Assembly: GCA_965237415.1 (NCBI GenBank)
Contig: CBDEFM010000002.1
Span: 3,808,001 to 3,872,000, forward strand
Direction of reading: 5' to 3'
Length of the DNA stretch: 64,000 nucleotides
From: Alphaproteobacteria bacterium
Lineage (GTDB): Bacteria > Pseudomonadota > Alphaproteobacteria > UBA828
Shown here: in pieces, positions 10,065-19,604 of the stretch
How the letters are laid out: each line of letters opens with the position of its first letter
How positions within the stretch are numbered: the stretch's first letter is position 1
Translations under genes and position numbers: made by a program
Notes under the pieces: generated by a model
Databases searched by the model: none
Told to the model about the DNA's origin: nothing
What the model saw: only the letters and a program-made list of their open reading frames with translations

Positions 10065-11273
10065 ATGAAAAATGGCAAGCATCACTATTTCCATCTTTCG
10101 CGCCGCAATTTCATCAAGTGCGCGGCGAGCGGCGCGGTCATCGCGGGCGCGCCGCCGGTCCTCGCGGGGCTGACCCGAATCCGCAGGGCCGAGGCCCGAG
10201 ACGACACGATCCGGCTTCTCATCACCGCCCCCACCATCATCCCCGGCGACTGGACAATCTTCGAGAAGGAAACCGGGTTCAAATTGGAATACACGATCAT
10301 CAAAGACGTTCCCGCCATTTTTGTGACCGAAGTCATGGTGAACGATGCCGGTGACCGGTTCGACATCATGTGCGCGCCGTCCGGCGTCGAGAAGGCCTTG
10401 ATCGACGGCGAAGCGCTCGCGCAGATCGACACCAGCCTGATCCCGAACTGGGGCGGCATGACGGACGGGCTCAAGGAAGCTCCCTTACTGGTGCGCGACC
10501 TGAAGCCCGAAGCCGGCAGGGTATGGGGCGTGCCGCTGATAATGAACGCCGACAGCTTCGGCTACTTTCCGGAAAAGCTGAACGAGCCGCGCCCGCCGGA
10601 GGAGGTCTCCTGGTCGCTGGTCTTCGACAGCGAGAAGACCATGGGCAAGTCGTCGATTGGCGACAACTACCTCTATCTCCAGGAGGCGGTCGCCTACCTC
10701 GCAACCACCGGACAGCTCGACGTGAAGGACATCGGGAATCCCTCGCCGAAGGAGGCGGAGGCGGCCGCGGACTTCCTGATCGAGCGCAAGAAGGCTGGCC
10801 AGTTCCGCAACTTTTGGAGTTCCTTCGACGACCAACTGGCGGATGTCGTGAACGGCGAGGTTCTCGCGTTATCGTGCTGGGAACCGGTCGTGAAGGAGGC
10901 GCAAAGGGCTGGGCTCGATTTCGAGTACGCCAACGGCAAGGAGTTCCTGCTGAAGTGGATGCAGGCTTGCTACATCCCGACGCAGGTGGCAGACCGCGGC
11001 AATCTCGAGCAGGTGAACAAGGCGCTCAACTGGATCCTGAGTGGCAGCTATTCCGCCGGCATCACGCCGCTCCGGGGCTACGTGTCGGCCCGACCCGATC
11101 TCGGCATGGAATATGCCGCTGAGCATAATCTTGGCGATTCGGTGACTCAGGCGATCGGCGTGGCGCAGGACAAGATCAACTTCAAGTTCAACAAGGAACA
11201 TTATTGGCTCAATTCGGTGACTGACCACGTAGAGGAGATGCAGGCGCAGATGGGCCGCGTGCTCAACGCTTGA
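10065..11273 (+). CDS. Tat-exported PotD/PotF-like ABC substrate-binding protein (orphan)
   Basis: SRRNFIK twin-arginine signal; IDTSLIPNW, WGVP motifs; RBS GGGAGG. Confidence 0.8.
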   Translation: MKNGKHHYFHLSRRNFIKCAASGAVIAGAPPVLAGLTRIRRAEARDDTIRLLITAPTIIPGDWTIFEKETGFKLEYTIIKDVPAIFVTEVMVNDAGDRFDIMCAPSGVEKALIDGEALAQIDTSLIPNWGGMTDGLKEAPLLVRDLKPEAGRVWGVPLIMNADSFGYFPEKLNEPRPPEEVSWSLVFDSEKTMGKSSIGDNYLYLQEAVAYLATTGQLDVKDIGNPSPKEAEAAADFLIERKKAGQFRNFWSSFDDQLADVVNGEVLALSCWEPVVKEAQRAGLDFEYANGKEFLLKWMQACYIPTQVADRGNLEQVNKALNWILSGSYSAGITPLRGYVSARPDLGMEYAAEHNLGDSVTQAIGVAQDKINFKFNKEHYWLNSVTDHVEEMQAQMGRVLNA

Positions 11274-11443
11274 ATTGTTTAACGACGGAGCAATAGTGCT
11301 CCGCGCGAAGCGGCCGAGTGATACGGTCGCGACGGCGAAAAGATACGCCGTCCATAGCCGCTTGTCGGGTTTGGCGAGGGACGGGGATGTACGGCGTGGA
11401 GCTCTGGGCAGTGGTACGGCTGACGGTCGTCCTATTGAGTGGT

Positions 11444-12498
11444 TAGAGCGTTTTTCGCTCAGACACGGTCGTATCCTGCAGCAGCGAAGTAGTTTTGGCA
11501 CTCGGCCGGGGTGAAGATATCTGTGGCTTGGCCGATGGCCTCCCAGAGTTCTGTGACGGTGCGGGCGGCGCGGCGTTTGAGGTCGGCCTTGAACTTGGAG
11601 AAGGCCGTCTCCATCGGGTTGAGATCGGGGCTGTAGGGCGGCAGGAAGCGCAGCTCGGCCCCGACCCGGTGAATGGCCTCGCGGACGGCGGCGCTGCGGT
11701 GGGCGGGGAGGTTGTCCATCGCCACGATGTCGCCGGGCTCAAGCGTCGGCACCAGCACCTTCTCGACATAGGCGAGGAAGGCGGCGCCGTGCATGGCGCC
11801 GTCGAGCACCATGGGGGCGGTCATTCCGCTCAGACTCATGGCGCCGAGGAAGGTGGTGGTCTTCCAGTGCCCGTGAGGCACCGGCGCCCGGCACCGATGT
11901 CCGCGCAGAGCCCGGCCGCAGCGTCGCGCCATCTTGGTGGAAGCGCCGGTCTCATCGACGAAGACGAGCCTGTCAGGGTCGAGAGCGGGCTGGGCTTCGA
12001 ACCAGGCTCGCCGGCGCTGCAGCACGTCAGCTCGCTGCTGCTCGCTGGCGTGAGCAGTTTTATTGAAGGTGATGCTGCGGCGGTGGAAGAAGCGCCACAC
12101 GGTGCTTTGGGAGACCCGCAGCCCATGCTCGCTCTCCAGATGGGCCGCGATCTCCGCCAGCGTCATGTCCGGGGTCTCTTCGAGAAGCGCCAGAACCACC
12201 TCAGTGCGTGCCTCGATCCGCTGCGAGCGGTTGTCGCCGCCTTGCGGCCTGGGCCGACAGCTGCCCGTCAGACGCCACGCCCGAACCCACTTGATCGCCG
12301 TTGAGGGGGCAATGCCAAAGCGCTTGGCCGCTCCCCGCCGTGACATTCCGTCATCCACCGCCGTCACCACCCGGCGGCGCAGATCGTCCGAAAGAGGTCG
12401 TGTCATGCAGGCTGGCCTCCTTCACCAGCCCGCATCTTGAATTACAAATTCAGGCGATTGAAAATTCTAAAGATTCTCTCAGCTCGAAAAATGCTCTG
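11444..12498 (-). mobile_element. IS630-family element, copy 2
   Basis: TAGAGCG.. left end and AAAATGCTCT right end, homologous to copy 1. Confidence 0.9.
11459..12406 (-). CDS. IS630 transposase (single intact ORF)
   Basis: HTH, VFVDETG, MDNLPAH, LPPYSPDLNPME. Confidence 0.92.
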   Translation of the reverse strand: MTRPLSDDLRRRVVTAVDDGMSRRGAAKRFGIAPSTAIKWVRAWRLTGSCRPRPQGGDNRSQRIEARTEVVLALLEETPDMTLAEIAAHLESEHGLRVSQSTVWRFFHRRSITFNKTAHASEQQRADVLQRRRAWFEAQPALDPDRLVFVDETGASTKMARRCGRALRGHRCRAPVPHGHWKTTTFLGAMSLSGMTAPMVLDGAMHGAAFLAYVEKVLVPTLEPGDIVAMDNLPAHRSAAVREAIHRVGAELRFLPPYSPDLNPMETAFSKFKADLKRRAARTVTELWEAIGQATDIFTPAECQNYFAAAGYDRV

Positions 12499-13635
12499 GC
12501 CACCAACCACTGAGATCAAACTCAACGGGATAAATCTTCTCGTTGACAGTCATGAAAGGTTGGGGATGCATGTCAAGATCAATGCGAAGGTCCAAGCCGA
12601 GCGCACGATTGCGTTGCTCGTAACGCAACTGGGAAGCTACTTCGACGAGACGTGGATGGAAGGTCTTGCGATCTTCGGGATCAGTTATCTCGGGACGCAC
12701 CCAATACGGAGAGTCGGGCCCCGGAGCGAACGGATCGGGTCCTGCACCATGCCCAGCCGGTGGCACATAGGGCCCGCGATAGCGGCGCGGCTCCAGGACC
12801 GAAGGTGAATCCGAGCTCGCCGCAGGATCGGTGGCATTCGCCTCAGGAAAAGCCAGCAGAGCGGAAGCAAGGCCACGGAAGATGAGGAACGACCAAGCGG
12901 GCGAGGAAACTCACGGGCGGTTCAGATGCTTCATCGGAGAAGGATTGCAGAGGGATCATGGTGTGGTGGAAGAACTGATCGGTAAAGAGACCGACAGCCC
13001 AAGGGAAGAACGATGGACATCGCCGCGGACTGTTGTGACGCGCTGAATGCCCGTCTCGGTCTCGACCATGATGGCTGCACGGCTTTTGCTGAGCCGGTCT
13101 TCGCCGCACAGTCACAGCTCAGCAACAATTCCTGAGCCGCCTCTTCCGAGGATGCGACGCAGCATGGCTTCGGCCCGAGATGGCAACCGACGCCCTTCGG
13201 CTTGGTCTTCCAGACCTCGGATGCTCGCCGCTGGTCGGCGGCTACGGACCTGAAGTTCCCACCCAGAAGAGCGCGTGCGAATTCCGCGACGCACCTTCTA
13301 TTCGCCCTCGGCGGGGAGCGTCGCGGTCAACGAGGCGCCGATCGTGTCCTGTCATGTGGACGGTCTTTTGGCGCGTGAATGACGAGGCCGCCCTCGTGCT
13401 GCAGTGTCGGCTCTGCCCACGAGCTCCATCGTATTCCAGGCGTTCGTGATGGGAAGAGTGTGGGGATGATCAAGAAGGCGACTCAAGATATTCAATGAAA
13501 ACAAAAGGTTATTTGGAGAGTCCGATGGCCCTCGGTCCACCACTTCTCCTTCACAACACCCACTTGGCGGTTCGGGAACGGCGACCTGTCGCGTGCGCCC
13601 TTGGAGCGTTTCCGTCTGAGACGGAACGCCCTAAA

Positions 13636-15873
13636 TTACTCAAGTAGTTCAGCCACCAAGCTCTCTAACGTGGCGGCGATCCCGTGTTCACTGAGGGCCG
13701 CGCGGATGCGCTTACGTGCGCTGACAAAGTAGTCGCCTTCCTTCACGGGAACGAGCCCCGCCACATCCTCCGCAGTCTGGGCCGCTTCGGATAGACGACG
13801 ATGTAGGGTGTTGGCGCTGTCGAATCGTGGGATCGGCAGGTTGAAGACATACTTGTCGAAGTGGCGAGCACCCCACTGGCCCTGTGCCTGATAACTCGCC
13901 ACGCCCTCTCGTAGGGTCTCGCTGTTGAGGATGCCGCAGAGATAACGGGCTTCATGGAAGCTCTCCACTGTAGCCCAATAAAGAGAATGGTCGACGACCG
14001 CCGTCTCGTCCTGAACGAGCGTCGCTGCGAGATTGGTGCCTGTTTTAGTGTAGACAACGCGGAATTGTGCAATTGGGAATTGGCAGGATAGCTTGCCGTA
14101 ATAGTCGCACTGATCAAAGAAACTTATGTCGCTTGTCTTGTGCTCCTCCCAGAGCGTCTCTGTCCGTTCCAGCCATTGCGACAAACGCGAGTAGCCTCTC
14201 TTGGTCGCCTCCTCCGCGTCCATCAGTTGGTGGGTTCCCGCGTCCCAGGGGATGACGGCCTGAAGTGGCCTCAGAATGCGGAACGGCCCGATGGACTCGC
14301 CTAGCAAGACTGGACGTAGGAAGGCTTTGTCCACCGGCCCGCGAGGCGGTGCCACGTTCTTCCAGGGAGCCTTATCCTGATTGCCGGCTCGTCCACGTAC
14401 CAGCGGGAATGCTGGGTTGGGCGGGAGCATTCCGGTGGTTGCTTCCGGTTCCACGATGACGAATCGCCTGGGCCAGAGAGTTGCACCGTTACGAAAGCGC
14501 TTGCGGTAGGGCGAGCCGCCTTCATCGGTCGCCTCTGCTGGCCATGGAGCCAAGGTTTCCGTCAGGTTCGCGTCCGCTTCCAATCTGTCGGCATCCCGTC
14601 TTGGCAGCGCTCCTGCAAACGCTGCCACCTCATCAGGCAACGGCGCCGGCAAAGCCCCACCGTGTCGACTGGCGAAGAGCACGCAACTTGGTACCGGAAA
14701 GAGCGGTGCGACCTCCGGCCCGAACGCCCATACCGAAGTGAAACACAGTCGAAGCGTGACATGGCCGAGTTGCGCGACCTCGCCCTTCCGGAATTTGGCG
14801 TATGCTTGGCGCGAAAGAGCGGCGTAGGGCATGACCAGGGCGAGGCGCCCGGTGCGGCGCATGTAGAGTAGTGCCGCGCGCATGTAGAAGTAACCTGAAA
14901 GGTCTTGCTGTGTTGCGACCTTTCCTCCGACCCAAAGGCGTGCGGCTCGGCATTCCTCGCGAAAGCGCTTCTTAAATTCGGGGCTCATATAGCGGTAAGA
15001 CACCCACGGAGGATTGCCAATCACGACATCCGCCTTTTGTGCTTCGCTCGATAGCCACACGGGGCGGGCCAGATTGCGCGCTATGTAGCCCCAGATGTGG
15101 TTGCGCCCTTCGTTCTGTAGGCGGCGCATTATCTTGTACGTATGCTTGAGGATGTCGCGGTCCTCAGGCCGCGCGTATGTTCCTTGCGCCAACCAAGCTG
15201 CGAAGGCGGCTCCTGACTTCGACCCAGCGCCAAATTCGATCATTGTGTTGAGTACCCGGTCGAAGAGTTCTGCGTCAGACGCCACCGCGGCGGGAAAGCG
15301 GAGTATCGCTGCATCAAGTTGCCGCGGAGGCTGCTCTGCCAGCTTGATTGAAGGAACAAATATTTCTAACGCATTGTCCCCGGCAAATAGATCCGGCTGT
15401 TTCCCTCGCTCTCCGATCCGCGCCAGATTCCACTGGAGTGCGTCGCCGAGATAAACAGGCACGGTCACGTTGCCTGGATGCTCTGCTCGCAGCGCCGGCA
15501 TGAGCGCCAGCAAATAGGTGGCGCGGGCGATGATGACGGCGACGGGGTGAACATCGATTCCCGCGATATTCGCGGCCGCGCACCGCGTTGCCTCCGCTTC
15601 CGACAGGCCGGAGGCCTTAGCTGCGCCGAGCACGGCCCGTACCGCGTGGAACAGGAAGGTGCCTGAACCGCAGGCCGGATCCATGACCCGTTGTTCCAAG
15701 GGCTTATCCACGGTGGCGGCAACCATGCGGGCGGCCAGCCAGTCCGGTGTGTAGTACTCGCCCAGGTCGTGCCGGGTCTCCGGGTCGATCAGGCTTTCGT
15801 AGAGTGCCTTGAGAATGTCGACGCGGATATCTTGCAGGCAAAAGCGCGCCACCTGCCGCTCTGTCCTCATCAC
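13636..15873 (-). CDS. Type IIG R-M enzyme, N6-adenine methyltransferase + specificity part
   Basis: GEYYTP, VMDPACGSGTFL, VIGNPPW. Confidence 0.85.
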   Translation of the reverse strand: MMRTERQVARFCLQDIRVDILKALYESLIDPETRHDLGEYYTPDWLAARMVAATVDKPLEQRVMDPACGSGTFLFHAVRAVLGAAKASGLSEAEATRCAAANIAGIDVHPVAVIIARATYLLALMPALRAEHPGNVTVPVYLGDALQWNLARIGERGKQPDLFAGDNALEIFVPSIKLAEQPPRQLDAAILRFPAAVASDAELFDRVLNTMIEFGAGSKSGAAFAAWLAQGTYARPEDRDILKHTYKIMRRLQNEGRNHIWGYIARNLARPVWLSSEAQKADVVIGNPPWVSYRYMSPEFKKRFREECRAARLWVGGKVATQQDLSGYFYMRAALLYMRRTGRLALVMPYAALSRQAYAKFRKGEVAQLGHVTLRLCFTSVWAFGPEVAPLFPVPSCVLFASRHGGALPAPLPDEVAAFAGALPRRDADRLEADANLTETLAPWPAEATDEGGSPYRKRFRNGATLWPRRFVIVEPEATTGMLPPNPAFPLVRGRAGNQDKAPWKNVAPPRGPVDKAFLRPVLLGESIGPFRILRPLQAVIPWDAGTHQLMDAEEATKRGYSRLSQWLERTETLWEEHKTSDISFFDQCDYYGKLSCQFPIAQFRVVYTKTGTNLAATLVQDETAVVDHSLYWATVESFHEARYLCGILNSETLREGVASYQAQGQWGARHFDKYVFNLPIPRFDSANTLHRRLSEAAQTAEDVAGLVPVKEGDYFVSARKRIRAALSEHGIAATLESLVAELLE

Positions 15874-16682
15874 AGGTCGCCGCCCTCGTCCACGGCCAGC
15901 ACCCAGTCGAAGAAATCAGGCTCACTCTGGCCGATAATTCCCAGGTTCGAGAATGCTGAGCCGTGGAGCAAGGCGGTCGCGTCCGAGGGCCGGGTGTCGA
16001 TCATCGCTCTCCAAGCCACCGCCTTGGCGACGATGACGAGATAGGTGTGTTGGAGGAACAAGCGGTCGTCGCCGACATCGGCGCCGTAGGCGAGGCCGAG
16101 GAGCCGTTCCCAGAGCGCGCGCTTGAGGCCCGCTTCAGGGGTCTTCCCTAACTGTTCCCAGAGCGTGCCAAGGGTGTAGAGGGCACGGCGCGCTGCCAAG
16201 CTTTCACGCCCGAATTCGCGCGTGATCGTGTGCGGGTCAGGCGGCAAATCAGCGCCAGTTGCGACAACACTCTGCAACCAGAGCAGAAGCTCACGAGGCA
16301 ATTGCGGATCAGTATGGTGGGTGTTGACCTCCTCGATTTGGTCGTCCCTGAGAAAGAAGGCGACGAATTCAGCCCCGTCGGTGGCGATGCCGACATACTT
16401 TTCACCGGTTTGCCCCTCGCGGTCCGTCAGGTAGCGCGTCAGCCCTTGTTCTGCATCTCCTCGCTCCTTACGCAGATCGGACTTGAACTCGAACACTGTG
16501 CGGCCCAACAGGGCGTCGATCCGGCCCCGGACTTCGGGCACCGGCTTCTCGAAGTGGATGTCCTGGCTGTCGGCGCCGAGGCCATCGACCAGAAGCCGAT
16601 GCACCAGCACACGGACCTTCTCGTGACGGGGCCGCGAGGCGAGTTCCGAGACCAGCTTTTCCAATTCCTCGGCGTTCAGCAC
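15870..16682 (-). CDS. Type IIG R-M enzyme, N-terminal PD-(D/E)xK endonuclease part (split or frameshifted)
   Basis: RGRIDALLGRTVFEFK, GIATDG, LFLQHTY, DFFDW; overlaps the next ORF by GTGA. Confidence 0.75.
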   Translation of the reverse strand: MLNAEELEKLVSELASRPRHEKVRVLVHRLLVDGLGADSQDIHFEKPVPEVRGRIDALLGRTVFEFKSDLRKERGDAEQGLTRYLTDREGQTGEKYVGIATDGAEFVAFFLRDDQIEEVNTHHTDPQLPRELLLWLQSVVATGADLPPDPHTITREFGRESLAARRALYTLGTLWEQLGKTPEAGLKRALWERLLGLAYGADVGDDRLFLQHTYLVIVAKAVAWRAMIDTRPSDATALLHGSAFSNLGIIGQSEPDFFDWVLAVDEGGDL

Positions 16683-16761
16683 ACTCGTCTCCCCCGAATC
16701 GGACCACACCCGCCATTATGCCGGATTGACCGGCGCGTGACGTGCGCCCTATGTCACGGCG

Positions 16762-17970
16762 ATGAATGACGCGCGCGGGCGGGGGCGACAGGCGGGGCGG
16801 CCGGTGGCCCTTCTCACCATAGGCTTCCGGCCGTTCTATCTGCTGGCCGGGGCGTTTGCGGGCGTGGCGTTGCCCATTTGGCATTTCGCGCCGGGGGAGC
16901 TGTTGCCTGCCGGGCCCTATCTCGCGAGCAGCGCGTGGCACGCGCACGAGATGGTTTTTGGGTTCGCCGCGGCGGTGCTGACGGGGTTTTTGCTGACCGC
17001 GGCGCGGGCGTGGAGCGGCCTCGACACACCCACGGGCTGGCGGCTTGGGGCGCTGGCGGGGCTCTGGGTCGCAGGACGGGTGCTGGTGGCGACGGGGCCG
17101 GCGGTCCCGGCCATCGCGGTGGATTGCCTGTTCCTGCCTTGCGTCGCGTTTGCCGCGGCACTCCCCGTCATGAAGGCGCGGAACTATCGGAACCTGCCCG
17201 TGGCGGCGGTGCCGGCGCTGCTCGGCGCGGCCAACCTGCTGTTCCACCTGGACCATGCGGGCCTCATCGCGCTTGCGCGGGCCAACGGCGGCGCGCTGCT
17301 GGCCCTCGATCTCTTCGCGCTGCTTGTCACCCTGATGGCCGGGCGCGTGATCCCGGCGTTCACCGCCAACGCGGTGCCGGGGGCCCGGCCGCGGCGGAAC
17401 GCCTACGTGGAGATCGTGGCCTTCGGCACGCTCGGGGTCCTGCTGGTGGCCGGCCCGCTCGACCCCTGGCTGCCGGGGGGACCGTGGCTCGCTGGAGTGG
17501 CGGCGCTCGGCGCGCTCGCCCACAGTGTCAGGCTCTGGCTCTGGAACCCGGCCGCGACGCGCCGCGAGCCGCTGCTCTGGGTGCTGCCGCTCTCCTACGC
17601 CTGGCTGCCGGCGTCGCTGATCTTACGCGCGCTCTGGCTGGCCGACGCCGACGTGCCGGCGGCCGCGGCCTTCCATGCCTTGGGCGCAGGCGCGATGGGC
17701 GGGCTGATGCTCGGGATGATGACGCGGAGCGCGCTCGGTCACACCGGCCGGCCGCTCGCCGCACGCTCCGTGGAGCTGGTCGCCTACGTGCTGGTTCACC
17801 TCGGCGCGGCGCTTCGAGTCTTCGGCCCGCTCGCCGGCGGGGCGGCCGAGCCCCACGCCTTGGCCGCCTCGGCGGTGCTCTGGTCCGGCGCCTTCGCGCT
17901 CTTCTTCGCGGCCTATTTCCCGGTCCTCACCCGGCCCCGCATCGACGAGGCGCGCGCGCCCGATAGTTGA
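16762..17970 (+). CDS. nnrS: NnrS family membrane protein
   Basis: GFRPFYL, WHAHEMVFGF, GFLLTA, GRVIPAFT, MMTRSALGHTGR. Confidence 0.93.
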   Translation: MNDARGRGRQAGRPVALLTIGFRPFYLLAGAFAGVALPIWHFAPGELLPAGPYLASSAWHAHEMVFGFAAAVLTGFLLTAARAWSGLDTPTGWRLGALAGLWVAGRVLVATGPAVPAIAVDCLFLPCVAFAAALPVMKARNYRNLPVAAVPALLGAANLLFHLDHAGLIALARANGGALLALDLFALLVTLMAGRVIPAFTANAVPGARPRRNAYVEIVAFGTLGVLLVAGPLDPWLPGGPWLAGVAALGALAHSVRLWLWNPAATRREPLLWVLPLSYAWLPASLILRALWLADADVPAAAAFHALGAGAMGGLMLGMMTRSALGHTGRPLAARSVELVAYVLVHLGAALRVFGPLAGGAAEPHALAASAVLWSGAFALFFAAYFPVLTRPRIDEARAPDS

Positions 17971-17988
17971 GCCCCCGCCAACGGCGCG

Positions 17989-18081
17989 CTTATGGGGTGC
18001 CCAGAAAAATCTTATTGGCAATCGCCCGGGCCCGACCCGACCTCCGATTCAGACATTGAGATTGGTCCACAGGAGGCGGCG
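17989..18081 (+). promoter_or_regulatory. Conserved RTX-gene leader 1
   Basis: CTTATGG..AAAA..TATTGGCAATCGC..CCGA..CAGGAGGCGGCG; CTTATGG lies 93 nt before the ATG. Confidence 0.65.
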
Positions 18082-19347
18082 ATGGCCAACCTGGGCGAAG
18101 CGACCGAGCTCTCCGATATCCTCATCGGCGGCACGGGCGACGACGAGATTCGCGGCGGAGGCGGGAACGACATCATCGAGGGCGGGAGCAATCTCGACCG
18201 TCTCGAAGGCGGCACCGGCCGCGATGTCGTGCTCGGCGGATCGGGCGACGATGTCGTGGGCGGCGGTGGCGGACGCGATACCCTGCGGGGCGGGAGCGGC
18301 GGCGACGTCCTCTCGGGCGGCGCGGACCAGGATTTCGTGCGCGGCGATACGGGCGCCGACGCCCTCCACGGCGACGGCGGCGACGACCGCCTGTGGGGCG
18401 ACGAGGGCAACGACTCGATCTACGGCGGCGACGGCGACGACCTGATCGCAGGCGGAACGGGCGACGATCTGATGGTCGGCGGCGCGGGCAAGGATCGGTT
18501 CATCTACTTCGAGGACGCGGGCAACGACCTCATCTATCACTTCGAGGTCGAGAACGACGTGATCGACCTCCGCCTGCTGCCAGAGGCGATCGCCTTCTCC
18601 GACCTCACCATCGTCGACATGGAGAACGGGAGGGGCGTCAGAATCAGCCATGACGCGCTCGGCGGCTCCATCGAGATCAGGGGGACTGCCGCATCCGATC
18701 TCTCGGCGGCGAACTTCGCCATGCCGGACGGGACGACGACCTCGATCACCTTCGGCAGCACCAAGGTCGGCCGCCCGTCCGATCCCTTCGTGGGATCGGA
18801 CTCCTCTTCGCTGATGCTGGACAGCGCGCAGGGCACCACCATCAAGGCCAAGGGCGGCTACGACCGAGTCTTCGGCGGCGAGGGGGACGATCGGCTCGAA
18901 GGCGGCGGCGACTCCGACGACCTCTACGGCGAGGAGGGCGACGACAGCCTCTTGGGCGGCACGGGTCACGACCGGCTCTTCGGCGGCGAGGGCGACGATC
19001 GGCTCGACGGCGGCTCCGGTCAGGACTTGCTCCTCGGCGGCGAGGGGGACGACCAGCTCACGGGCGGCGCCGGCGCCGACACCTTCGTGTTCACGCCGGA
19101 TCACGGCACCGACACGATCGTCGACTTCACCGACGGCGAAGACACGATCGATCTCTCGGCGTTTGCAGGGATTACCGGCTTCGGCGATCTGCAGGTTACG
19201 GCCGACGAGGCTGCCGCCGTCATCGACCTGACGAGCTACGGCGGGGGCACCGTCCACCTCGAGGACACGGACGTGAGCGACCTCGACGCGGCGGATTTCG
19301 TGTTCCACGAGCCGCCCGCCGACGCATCGCCCATCGACGGGATGTGA
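18082..19347 (+). CDS. RTX-type Ca-binding repeat protein 1
   Basis: Many GGxGxDxL nonapeptides, two D.F..G.D.I.DF..D.IDL modules, C-terminus PIDGM. Confidence 0.9.
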   Translation: MANLGEATELSDILIGGTGDDEIRGGGGNDIIEGGSNLDRLEGGTGRDVVLGGSGDDVVGGGGGRDTLRGGSGGDVLSGGADQDFVRGDTGADALHGDGGDDRLWGDEGNDSIYGGDGDDLIAGGTGDDLMVGGAGKDRFIYFEDAGNDLIYHFEVENDVIDLRLLPEAIAFSDLTIVDMENGRGVRISHDALGGSIEIRGTAASDLSAANFAMPDGTTTSITFGSTKVGRPSDPFVGSDSSSLMLDSAQGTTIKAKGGYDRVFGGEGDDRLEGGGDSDDLYGEEGDDSLLGGTGHDRLFGGEGDDRLDGGSGQDLLLGGEGDDQLTGGAGADTFVFTPDHGTDTIVDFTDGEDTIDLSAFAGITGFGDLQVTADEAAAVIDLTSYGGGTVHLEDTDVSDLDAADFVFHEPPADASPIDGM

Positions 19348-19511
19348 GCCGAGCGAAGACCGCTTCACCTCCCCACTGTCGCCCGCAACCGGAATGCCCG
19401 GACGTTGAACGACTGACGCATCGATCCTGGCGCGATCGCGCCGGCGAGGGCAGCGCCGCTGGCCTCGGCGGCTCGCTGCGCCTTCCGCCAATCGGGCCGG
19501 CTATACCTAAC

Positions 19512-19604
19512 CTTATGGGGTGACTAGCAAAACGGTATTGGCAATCGCCGGTATCCAAACCGACGTCGGAGTCACGTATCGAGAACAGCTGTCAGGAGGC
19601 GGCG
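19512..19604 (+). promoter_or_regulatory. Conserved RTX-gene leader 2
   Basis: Same motifs and 93-nt spacing. Confidence 0.65.

Noticed and set aside
11286-11303. Terminator hairpin after the binding-protein gene
   Set aside because: 7-bp stem but no U-tract
12479-13450. Short ORFs after IS630 copy 2
   Set aside because: Probably decayed fragments; no family could be supported
16736-16758. CGTGAC-N11-GTCACG as an FNR/NnrR box before nnrS
   Set aside because: Spacing and sequence do not fit CRP/FNR-family sites
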